The position numbers and the translations under genes are program-made. DNA of 64,000 nt from Podarcis vaucheri (Eukaryota). The stretch lies in assembly GCA_965113315.1 (NCBI GenBank), contig OZ220377.1. The stretch is one strand, 5' to 3'. Shown here piece after piece: positions 32,401-39,620 of this stretch; the stretch's first letter is position 1; each line of letters opens with the position of its first letter. A model generated the notes under the pieces. That model ran no database searches. It saw only the letters and a list, made by a program, of their open reading frames with translations, and had not been told where the DNA came from.

Positions 32401-34462
32401 CTATGACTTTTCCTTGTCAGTTGTCTGTTTTATTTTTCTTCCCCTAAGTTCAGTAACTACATCTCAAATGTTCATGGTGAATAGAATTTTGAGAAGGATT
32501 GGGCAGCAGATTCCCCACTGGAGAGCAGGAGGAATGGTTTCTTTCCTGGCAAGTATGGGACGGTTGGCCAGTGTAATTGCCAACCATTTGCTTAAATGCT
32601 TGGAAGAGTGTAGGGTGTTTTGCTCTCAGGAAATTAACAAAGATGTTCACTACATCAGTATTTTTAGATTACATCCTTTATACTTAAAAATTGTATAAAC
32701 AGTTTGCCTGATGTTATGCTTTTACAAGGAAAATTTAGGATTCTGCGGATGAAAAATTGGATAATGAATATTCCTAGAAAAGCCATTCTTAAAACTCTGT
32801 GGGATTAAAATCCACTAAGTCCTGTTTTTTTGTTTTTTGCTGATGACAGCATTTTCCTGAAAGTACTAAATCAGTGCCTTAACAAGACTGTAGTATTAAT
32901 AACCAAGATAAAATAATAGGTATATAAGAAGAGAGCCCTGCTTGTTCAGACCTAGGGGTGGAGGGATGTCTGTGTCTGTTTTGCATGTGTTCATTCATAA
33001 GACCATTTTGTCCTTCTTTCCAAGCAGTTTTGTCTGCTGCTTTCTAGACATGGGTCCAAGTGGTTTTGCCTTTGCCTCATGGCTTCCCCCTGGAAAACCC
33101 ACTCCTTTAGTTTTAAGTCAGAACAAATGTTTGTTCCGATTCAGCAATAAACCACAAGTTTCTCTGGGGGAAAGTGGTGGGGCACACGGCTGTGTGGCTG
33201 AGCCCCTAGCACCAAATGTTGCAGCCTCTTCTCAAAGTGGAGTTGCTCCATCTGCTTGATCAATTTGGTTTCCCTTTTCTGAACCTTTTCCAGCCCTTAA
33301 ATATCCTTTCTAGGCATGGCGAACAGAATTGTACACAAGTGTTCCAAGTGTGGCTGCACTGTAGAATTCCATAAAACATTACAGTATTGGCAGTTTTATT
33401 TTCAGCCCCTTTCCTAATGACCCCTAACATGGCGTTCACCTTTTTCACAGCTGCCACACACTAGGTCGACGTTTTCATTGAGCTATCTACTACAACGCCA
33501 GATCCTTTTCCTGGTCAGTCACCACTTGCTCAGACCCCATCAGTGTATATAGAATCATAGTATTGTAGGGTTGGAAGGGACCAAAGGATCATCTGGTGCA
33601 ACCCCTTGCCATGTGTAGTTAGGAATTTTTTTGGCCCAATGTATAGAAAGTACAGGTATGTCGGCATACATGAGGAAGTGAGAGGCCTTACAGAAAGGGG
33701 AAAAAGTTGGAAAGGGCAAAGATGGAATTCTGTGAGGAGATAGTTGAGTACTGTGAGCAGAGCTGAAATGGAAAGCTTGGAGGACAAAATGGGAGTGGGG
33801 ATGAAAGGTTTCTGAGCAGGAGTTGTGGGCTAAATCAGCTGTCAGTGCTTTAGCCCAGCTTTATGTGAACATATAAAGCTGAAGGTCTTTCCCAGCCCCA
33901 CTGAGATGCCAAGGACTGAACCTGGCACTTCCTGCATTCAAATATGTCCTCTGCTGCTGAGCTATGGGCACTCCCTGCAAGCAACTGCTCTTCCATTCCC
34001 ACTTATAAGCCAAAAAGTAGTGCATAGCAGATGTAAGAAGCTCTGGTTAATTCATGCTATATTCCCAGTGCCCCCACAGGAGAATCTGTTCCTTAAGCCA
34101 CAGGGGCTACTAAGAACCACAGTGCAGCAGAATACCTGGGGTTGCTTGGATGACATTGTCTGATCCATTACTGTGCCAAACAAGATAACAGAAGCCCCTT
34201 CTCTTTAGACAAGATCCTCCCCATACCAGACCACTTAGGCTCCAGGGTGACAGCTGTCCTTGTGTTCTTTTACTCCTTGCCCAGGAATTGTGGGAATGTG
34301 TTCTGTGCCAGCTGCTGCCACCTGAAGCTGCCCATTCCTGATCAGCAGCTCTATGACCCGGTCCTCGTCTGCAACACCTGTTACGATCACATCCAGGTAT
34401 CCCGTGCCAGGGAACTTATGAGCCAGCATCTGAAGAAGCCCATTGCCACCGCTTCTAGCTGA
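5420..34462 (+). CDS. MTMR4: Myotubularin-related protein 4 (PI3P phosphatase; PH-GRAM, PTP-like domain, coiled coil, FYVE); 18 coding exons, 1161 aa
   Basis: join(5420-5464,12777-12866,16089-16205,17106-17188,19008-19174,19499-19595,20528-20641,21442-21638,22502-22630,23231-23342,25768-25963,27099-27284,28385-28555,28642-28796,29618-30866,31532-31642,32295-32383,34285-34462) = 3486 nt, open frame, all GT-AG. Contains HCSDGWDRT, PPLY, FYVE RRHHCR and C-terminal KKPIATASS. Confidence 0.97.
6430..6620. mobile_element. hAT-type non-autonomous DNA element, 191 bp
   Basis: Imperfect TIRs CAGGGGTGCCAACTT / reverse complement CATAGGAGCCAACTC. 8-bp TSD ttgtgtag (6422-6429) / ttgtgcag (6621-6628). 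Confidence 0.7.
7005..7165 (-). mobile_element. tRNA-headed SINE, second family (related copies at about 10180-10360, 17815-17995, 26790-26940, 33880-33975, 42025-42165, 48325-48480, 58230-58425)
   Basis: Shared ggggattgaa..tgggaccttctgcatgcaaagcagatgctctac.actgag is the reverse complement of a tRNA-like A/B-box head and recurs through the window. Confidence 0.65.
7673..7885 (-). mobile_element. Squam3-like SINE
   Basis: gcatttatatcccac...ctcaaggtggtgtacat...caaccctgtgaggtaggttaggctgag...cactaaccactacac. Confidence 0.7.
8903..9135 (+). mobile_element. Squam3-like SINE, near full length
   Basis: tRNA-like head gagcaccagtgaggtgcagtgtttagagtgctggact, body cagcctaacctacc, tail aaaaggtgggatatacatgtaagaaataaataa. 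Confidence 0.75.
10483..10800 (-). mobile_element. CR1 LINE 3' end fragment (related copies at 37648-37720, 42445-42610, 58008-58100)
   Basis: ataagaaaaccctggctgctgggatcaggcc...ctagtccagcatcctgttctcacagtggcc...ttttaaagccatc is the reverse complement of the element at 18408-18685. Confidence 0.7.
12777..12866 (+). CDS. MTMR4: MTMR4 coding exon 2 (GEEGPPSLEYIQAKDLFPHKELIKEEESLQ)
   Basis: atccag| ... CAG|gtaagc, 90 nt, MTMR3/4-type N-terminus. Confidence 0.97.
13531..13566 (+). mobile_element. 3' terminus of a BovB (RTE) LINE or BovB-tailed SINE
   Basis: ggtcacaaagagtcggacacgactaaacaacaacaa matches the characteristic BovB 3' end with a (CAA)n tail. Confidence 0.7.
13786..13937 (+). mobile_element. 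tRNA-Lys(CTT)-derived SINE with CR1-type 3' tail
   Basis: 13786-13861 is a decayed tRNA-Lys(CTT) (gggatagttcagttggta...ctcagggttgtgggttcgagtaccacattgggc), followed by ggtcccttccaactctacaattttaagattct. The same tail occurs alone at about 8568, 21212, 26485, 28870, 33550 and 58908. Confidence 0.8.
15475..15576. repeat. Inverted repeat, 47-bp arms and 8-nt loop
   Basis: Arms 15475-15521 and 15530-15576 align without gaps, with 11 mismatches, all transitions. Confidence 0.9.
16089..16205 (+). CDS. MTMR4: MTMR4 coding exon 3 (VPFSVLQGEGVE...FKDSVIN; PH-GRAM)
   Basis: ttccag| ... AAC|gtacgt, 117 nt. Confidence 0.96.
16852..17062 (-). mobile_element. Squam3-like SINE
   Basis: acatttatatcccacc...ctcaaggtggtgtacat...cttcatggctgagcagggatttgaaccctggtctcc...aaccactacacc. 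Confidence 0.7.
17106..17188 (+). CDS. MTMR4: MTMR4 coding exon 4 (VPLRMMESVESRDMFQLHIVCKDSKVV)
   Basis: ttctag| ... AG|gtaggt, 83 nt. Too short for the ORF track, translated by hand. Confidence 0.96.
18408..18685 (+). mobile_element. CR1 LINE 3' end (ORF2 C-terminus DGFKRRLDKFMEE plus 3' UTR); an inverted related fragment lies at about 18180-18390
   Basis: The peptide FKRRLDKFMEE is typical of the CR1 ORF2 end. The element terminates in ctcttcctatgttctta. Confidence 0.8.
19008..19174 (+). CDS. MTMR4: MTMR4 coding exon 5 (CHFSTFKQCQEW...HLCRP)
   Basis: ttgcag| ... G|gtaggt, 167 nt, contains LFAFAY. Confidence 0.96.
19499..19595 (+). CDS. MTMR4: MTMR4 coding exon 6 (DHVKYRFEMELTRMGFDLQNVWRVSDINNNY)
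   Basis: ttacag| ... AA|gtgagt, 97 nt, myotubularin E..RMG..WRVS.IN motif. Confidence 0.96.
19705..20005. mobile_element. hAT (Charlie-like) MITE, 301 bp
   Basis: TIRs CAGTGGTTCCCAAA / reverse complement CAGGGGTTCCCAAA. Perfect 8-bp TSD ctttagaa at 19697-19704 and 20006-20013. Confidence 0.9.
20354..20380. repeat. (GTT)9 microsatellite
   Basis: Read directly. Confidence 0.95.
20528..20641 (+). CDS. MTMR4: MTMR4 coding exon 7 (LCTSYPQKLLVP...FRSWKRIPAVVY)
   Basis: tcttag| ... AG|gtacga, 114 nt. Confidence 0.96.
21442..21638 (+). CDS. MTMR4: MTMR4 coding exon 8 (HLRNGAVIARCSQPEISWWGWRNADDEYL...)
   Basis: tcccag| ... G|gtaagt, 197 nt. Confidence 0.96.
22502..22630 (+). CDS. MTMR4: MTMR4 coding exon 9 (SSLTACSS...LLILDARSYTAAVANRAKGGGCECE)
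   Basis: ttgcag| ... G|gtacga, 129 nt, DAR...AN.AKGGG.E myotubularin motif. Confidence 0.96.
22853..22885. repeat. (TCAC)n microsatellite
   Basis: Read directly. Confidence 0.9.
23231..23342 (+). CDS. MTMR4: MTMR4 coding exon 10 (YYPNCEVVFMGMANIHSIRNSFQYLRAVCSQMPDPS)
   Basis: tttcag| ... AA|gtaagt, 112 nt. Confidence 0.96.
25768..25963 (+). CDS. MTMR4: MTMR4 coding exon 11, catalytic CX5R motif HCSDGWDRT (25880-25906)
   Basis: ttccag| ... GAG|gtatcc, 196 nt, intact active-site Cys and Arg. Confidence 0.98.
27099..27284 (+). CDS. MTMR4: MTMR4 coding exon 12 (GFQVLVESDWLDYGHKFGDRCGH...FEFNEAFL)
   Basis: tggcag| ... TTG|gtaaga, 186 nt. Confidence 0.97.
27640..27995 (+). mobile_element. Probable L2-type LINE 3' fragment
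   Basis: ctttggaactcccttcct...ccttccaccagcagctgaagac...tgtaagctgccttga...ggataaataataataat resembles L2 3' ends. Boundaries approximate. Confidence 0.45.
28385..28555 (+). CDS. MTMR4: MTMR4 coding exon 13 (VKLVQHTYSCLYGTFLGNSPCERE...MPGSEQ)
   Basis: ctccag| ... CAG|gtgagt, 171 nt. Confidence 0.97.
28642..28796 (+). CDS. MTMR4: MTMR4 coding exon 14 (VLHPVCHVRALHLWTAVYLP...SRSLD)
   Basis: tggcag| ... AG|gtagga, 155 nt, preceded by an 86-nt intron. Confidence 0.96.
29618..30866 (+). CDS. MTMR4: MTMR4 coding exon 15 (large exon: LPKTRSMDDL..., disordered linker, PPLY motif 30669-30680, coiled coil)
   Basis: ttccag| ... TTC|gtaagt, 1249 nt, inside ORF 29520-30950. Confidence 0.96.
31532..31642 (+). 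CDS. MTMR4: MTMR4 coding exon 16 (TCLKESDGSENEDFYSDHSEDCLSEASWEPVDKRETE)
   Basis: ttgcag| ... GAG|gtttgt, 111 nt. Confidence 0.94.
32295..32383 (+). CDS. MTMR4: MTMR4 coding exon 17 (VTRWVPDHMASHCFNCDCEFWLAKRRHHC; FYVE N-half)
   Basis: ctgcag| ... AG|gtaacg, 89 nt, WxxD and RRHHCR motifs. Confidence 0.97.
33260..33545 (-). mobile_element. CR1 LINE ORF2 (RT C-terminal) fragment, frameshifted
   Basis: Minus-strand peptide AAVKKVNAMLGVIRKGAENKT...CVQFCSP is typical of CR1 ORF2. Confidence 0.8.
34285..34462 (+). CDS. MTMR4: MTMR4 last coding exon (NCGNVFCASCC...VCNTCYDHIQ...KKPIATASS*)
   Basis: gcccag| acceptor, FYVE C-half, TGA at 34460-34462. Confidence 0.97.
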
Positions 34463-35568
34463 ACGCCAGCAGAGGAAAACTTGTCAAGGCCTGGCCTTTT
34501 CAACTTGCAGACTGGAAGGAAAGGGGAGGGGCTGCCTCTGCTGCAGCTGCGGAGGTCGGTAGCGCAGCACTTGATCACCAAGCCTTGTATGCACTGTTGG
34601 CGATTTTCCCCACTTGGTGCCCCGTGTATTGGAGATGAGGAAATTGGATTAAAGAGTGTGATATGGCCCACCTCATGGTACTGTTTGTGGTCTGAAGACC
34701 TGAGGCTAAATCGGAGACCGCGGTGTCTTTACTTCAGAGGGCTGGCGAGGGATGTGGTGCAGATTACAACTGCCTTGTTCCCAAAAGCAATAGGAAGGTA
34801 TGATCAGAACCAGACCCTCTTCTCCCCCACCTCACAAAGGCAGGCAGGTTGACTTGTGCAAGGAAGAAGAAGACTGCAGCCTCAGAGTTGTACATCTGCA
34901 GGAGTTCACTCTGGCTGTGTCTGTCACGTCTCAGTTGTGTTCGGCTTGCCAACCACTTCCCTGAGTGGCTCAAGGCCAGCACTAGTACAAAAAGCAGGAG
35001 CTGGGGCGGGGACTTCCATACTAAGCAGAGCATCTCTCTCTCTCTGTCCCTTCCCTGTGTCTCTTCAGGGAGTAAGACTCTTTGCCCCGGCAGCTGGGCT
35101 GTTGCTTGTGGAAAGCAGTTAAGTTTGGCTTGCTATACACTTCCTGCCCTCTGTGGGTTTTGGGCAGCCAGTTCCCGCCTGGCGTCTTCGCAGGAGACAC
35201 CTCAAGCCTCCCTCGATCTACACCACAGTGTGTCATTCTCCTCCACTCCTTATTGCTGCACTTGTGTCTATTTCTGGTTGCTCTTTTATCCTGAAAACCT
35301 GGTGCCTGGAGGGGGCAGTCTGTGTAGGTTTTCTTTACCTCCTGGAATGTGCTGTTTATAGTGTGCTTGAGGGTTTCAGTCCAAAATGCTGCTAATGTTA
35401 TTTCTCTCTGCACTTAAAAACTGTAGTCTGGAGAACAAAAGTGGGGGGTGGGGGTGGGAGGGAGGGAGGGAAGAATGCCAATTTCACAAATGGGAGGTGG
35501 CGAACACTTGCAGACAGGGACTTCCTGTTCCTGTCACTCAAGAAGCTGCAAGGGGTAATATAAAAGGC

Positions 35569-35588
35569 CATCATCATCATCATCATCA
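35569..35588. repeat. (CAT)n microsatellite in the MTMR4 3' UTR
   Basis: Read directly. Confidence 0.9.
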
Positions 35589-36479
35589 CCACCTTCACAA
35601 AACTGCTCTCCAGCTCATTCTGACATCAATAAACCCCCTTGTTGGAAATGTCTCTCTTGATTTATAGATGCTTCACTTCAGTGACTGTATCAATTACTTT
35701 TCCCTAATACTTTCTCTTCCATCCAAACGAGCACTTACATGCTTTACAAAAGGGGAGTGAGATGCGGCCAACATTTCCACAGCTTTTCATGAGCGCAATG
35801 TTCATGATCACTTTTTCCTGAAGTGTAGTACATCTGCAGGGGGGTTTGTAGAGTGAACAGGATTGTGAGGGTTTCTTCCAGCTGGTCTAAGAGCTCTCAG
35901 ATGCTCCACCAATAGGCTGGGCCAAGACATCTTGTCTCAAGAATGCGAAAATACTGCCCTCTCCACACTCAGATTGCATTCTTGCCAGTAGTCTATTCCT
36001 GGCTGATTTTTTTTTATAAAAAAAAACTTTCAGTGAAGTTAGTGGTTCTGTCTACCTTATTCTTTCTTCCACATTTCAGCTTGCTTTTGGTCATAAGCCT
36101 AAAAGTCAGCATCATCCTCTGACACTGGATCTCCTTGAGTTGCCCTGTGGCCTCTTTCAAGGAGCAAAAAAAAAACAACACACCACACACCTCATATTGC
36201 TAAAAGCTGGGATCTCCGATTTTGCCATATTCTGAGCTTTGTCCATGTGAAGTGATGGAAATAGGAGGAAGAGTTCAGGTTTGGTTCCAACTCATTTGCA
36301 CAGATGTTGAACAAAAATCCGAAAACAAAAGTAGAATAAAACCCTCCCAAGTCATGGTTAATCAAAACTGCTTTCAGCTCTCATGAATTTGTGTCACTGT
36401 CTTCAGGCAAAAAACAACTCCAAAATCAGATCAATAGCTTTGTGACAGGCAATGTGCTGTAAGAAATTCAATACAGTTG

Positions 36480-36485
36480 AATAAA
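36480..36485 (+). terminator. MTMR4: Candidate MTMR4 polyadenylation signal (others at 35628-35633 and 36335-36340)
   Basis: AATAAA followed by T/GT-rich sequence (tgctttgttggaccgttttattt), near the end of the TE-poor 3' region. Confidence 0.5.
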
Positions 36486-38209
36486 ATCTCTATATTAGTG
36501 CTGCTTTGTTGGACCGTTTTATTTAATCATGAGTGAATGAATGATCTTCCTGGAGCCTTTCCTAGAGGAGGATATAACCCGGGGCTGCTCTGTTTCTCCT
36601 AGGTGAAAAAATGACTTTTCAAAAGAAAAGGTTGGTGGTTAACAACTTGGAGAGGGCCCTTAATTTAACTGTGTCAAGAGCAGGCTGGGATCAGTGCCAT
36701 TATGGACTCCACAGCACTTTGCAGAAAAATAATAAATCACAGGTCCCTGGCTTGAGAAATTTCAAGCTGAATATTCAACACATGGCAGGCAATGTTTTTA
36801 TATGGCTTTTCAGGCAAAACAAAGCCATTTAGATAAAATCATTCAAACGGCCTTTGGCAACCTGGTGCCCTTCAGATGTTTTGGATAATTGTTCCCATCA
36901 GCCCCAGCCAGCTGGTCCAAGGTCTGCATGCAGCCCCAGCCAGCTGGTCCAAGGGCAACTTTCCAGGGCCTGCATGTATGCCAGTGTTGGGCAGGGCCAC
37001 AGGCAAAAGTGGCTGGAGGAACAGATATGACCCTTCCCTTTGGACAGAAGGGAAGCCATGTAAAAGTCAGAATTTCCACACAGACACACGCTTCCACCCC
37101 AGCAAGCAAAGAAGCAGTCACAGCTCAAGGGTGTATTCCAGACATGCAAAAGCACTTGAAGGCCATTGCTGCAGCAGCATTTTTACAGGAGAGGTTTCCT
37201 AACCCATGCTACCAAGCCTGAGTTGACAAACGACTAAAGCATATTTTGGAAAAGCCATCTTAAAATATCCCCCCTTTTTTAAAGTGTGGGGGTGGGGGCT
37301 CAGACCTACTTGGCAACCCTGCTGATTGTAAGGCCACCTGTGGGGCCCTGTGCATTTCATTCATATAAAGCACCTAGTATATTTTTGGCACTTACATAAA
37401 TTGGGGTGACAATTCTAAGAGCATGGGGCGAGGTTTGTTAGTTTATTAGTGGCAAGGGGAAAAGCTCTGTATATGCACAGAGCTACATTTATTACATTTA
37501 ATTATTTTCAGATTTAGGTGGCAATTACAGTTAAGGGTGGGTAATGTTCAAACACTATGGTTTATGTATATGCATTTTTTGCATAAGTTGGGAAAGTGTC
37601 CTGAACACATGCAGTTCTCCCTCAATCACCAAATTTGAGAATGAGGAACATAGGAACCCAGCTGCTGTGTTTGGCCAAAGGGGACCCATCAAGTCCAGCA
37701 TCCTGTTCTCACCATTGATGGTAACATCCTCTAGGAAAAGCCAGCCAGCCAGCCAGCCAGCCATTCACTGGCTCAGAGCACCCTTTTTAATTTGTAAAAG
37801 TTATGGGGCTCAGGCTACGTACACCACATTGAGTTCCTTGGAGGAAAGGGGATATAAAGGTAATAAAAATTGTAGTATCCATGTCAAGTTGTGAGCCAAC
37901 AGGAATTTTATTCATGTGCTGTGTGTAATGTATTTTTAGCCTGTTTATGAAGGTGATTCCAAGAGTGCAGAATCTTGTGCTCTTGAGGTGAGGGCAAAGC
38001 ATCCTTTGTACAGATTTGTTACAACCTATACCAATTTGCTATATGTTAACTATTTCCATGATGTGCATTTGTGTTTACGTAGCCAAGGTGTATATTGTTT
38101 TTGTTTTTTAATGACATTTGCACATCATCTCAGGGAGGGAGTAAAAGGGAACTCTGAAAACTGAGGTGATTATTATTTTAAAAGATGCACTTGTTCAGTT
38201 TGCAGAAAT

Positions 38210-39620
38210 AGCACGCAAACGAAGCAAAGAACTGCGAGATGCGGATTTGGGGGCGAGGGGAGGAAATGGATGAGAAAATCCATAAGATTTTCGCAGGTAT
38301 CAAGTCGCCTATCCCAAAGATAGCCTGGCAACACACGACTCGAGGCACGTGCCGCCGCGTGTGCAATACGTTATCGTTACTATTTACTGTTTTGTCAAAT
38401 GATTATTGTTGTCGTTGTTGTTGTGTTTATATTTTTATGTGTTTGCCCAATCGCCGTTGTTGTGGGGGGTCAGTTGTGCGGTTTTGGCGGGAGACAACGA
38501 AAGCGGCCTCGGCGCGTGCCTTTCCCGCCCGCCTCTGCCTCGTCGGCGGCGGCCCCGCGGGTGATTGACGGCGGCGGCCGTTGGGGGAGGAAAAAAAAGC
38601 CGCCGGTCCCTCGCGCCGTCCGTCCGTCCGTCCGTTGGGCCGTCCTGAGGCGGGGGCCATGGGGGCAGGAAACGAGTGAAAGGAAAGGGGGAAGAAGGAG
38701 GGGTGTCTCGCTCTGAGGTGCGCGCGAGGCCTCGCCGCCCGTTTCTTCCTCCTCAGAAGCGCCATGGAGGACTCGCTGCTGTCGGCGGCGCCCATCAACC
38801 CCAACAACTTCCCGGCCAAGCTGTGGCGGCTGGTGAACAGCCCGCGCTTCCGCTCCATCCGCTGGGACGCCCGCGGCGAAGGGCTCCTCATTGACCAGCC
38901 CTTGTTCGAGGCGGAGCTCCTGGGCGCCGGGGGAGGAGGAGCAGGAGGAGGAGGAGCCGGGGGAGGCGCGGCGGTGGCGGCCGTTGGGGGAGGCGGCCCA
39001 GGCGGCGATGGAGGCGGCGCCTCGGCCTCGTCGTCGGGCGTCCCCTCAGGGCCGCCCGCCTCCCCGGAGCTATTCAAGACCACCAACTTCACCAGCTTCA
39101 TCCGCCAGCTCAACCTGTACGGCTTCCGAAAAGTGGTGCTGGGCCCGCCCGGAGGGGGAGGCGGAGGAGGGTCGGCCTCGTCTCCTTCGGCCTCCTCGGC
39201 TTCCTCCTCTTCCCCGGCTTCGTCGTCGTCCTCGGCCCCCGGCGGCCCTTTGCACCATTTCCACAGCCCGCACTTCCGCCGCGACCGGCCCGACCTCTTG
39301 GTGCACCTCAAGCGCCTGACCAGCGCCAACAAAGCCAAGCTGGCCGCCGGGCTGGAAGTCACCAGCCGCCCGCCCAACCGCTTCCAGCGCCTCCTCAGCA
39401 CTTCCCTGCACGGCGGGGAGGCCCTCCTGGCGCAGCAGCACCAGCAGCACAACAGCCCCGCGGGGCAGGCCGCCGCCGCCGTGGCAGCAGCAGCAGCCGC
39501 CTCCGCCGCCGGGGCGGCCGCCAAGAGCAGCGACAACAAGCCCGGTGAGAGAGACGGCGCGACGCAGCAACAGCTCCTGCAAGACCAGAAGGCTCTTGAG
39601 CACGTGCAGAGTAACCACAG
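38210..39620. promoter_or_regulatory. HSF5: CpG island covering the HSF5 promoter and exon 1
   Basis: Abrupt rise in GC and CpG density. CCAAT 38447-38451, E-box 38346-38351, E2F-type sites 38482-38493 and 38521-38529. Confidence 0.9.
38764..39544 (+). CDS. HSF5: HSF5 exon 1 (HSF-type winged-helix DNA-binding domain with Gly/Ser/Ala-rich inserts)
   Basis: Kozak gccATGG and donor CCCG|gtgaga, phase 1 matching exon 2. Confidence 0.93.

Noticed and set aside
34481-35667. ORFs of 93-170 aa after the MTMR4 stop, including a poly-His peptide
   Set aside because: 3' UTR sequence with no homology cues. The poly-His is just a (CAT)n microsatellite.
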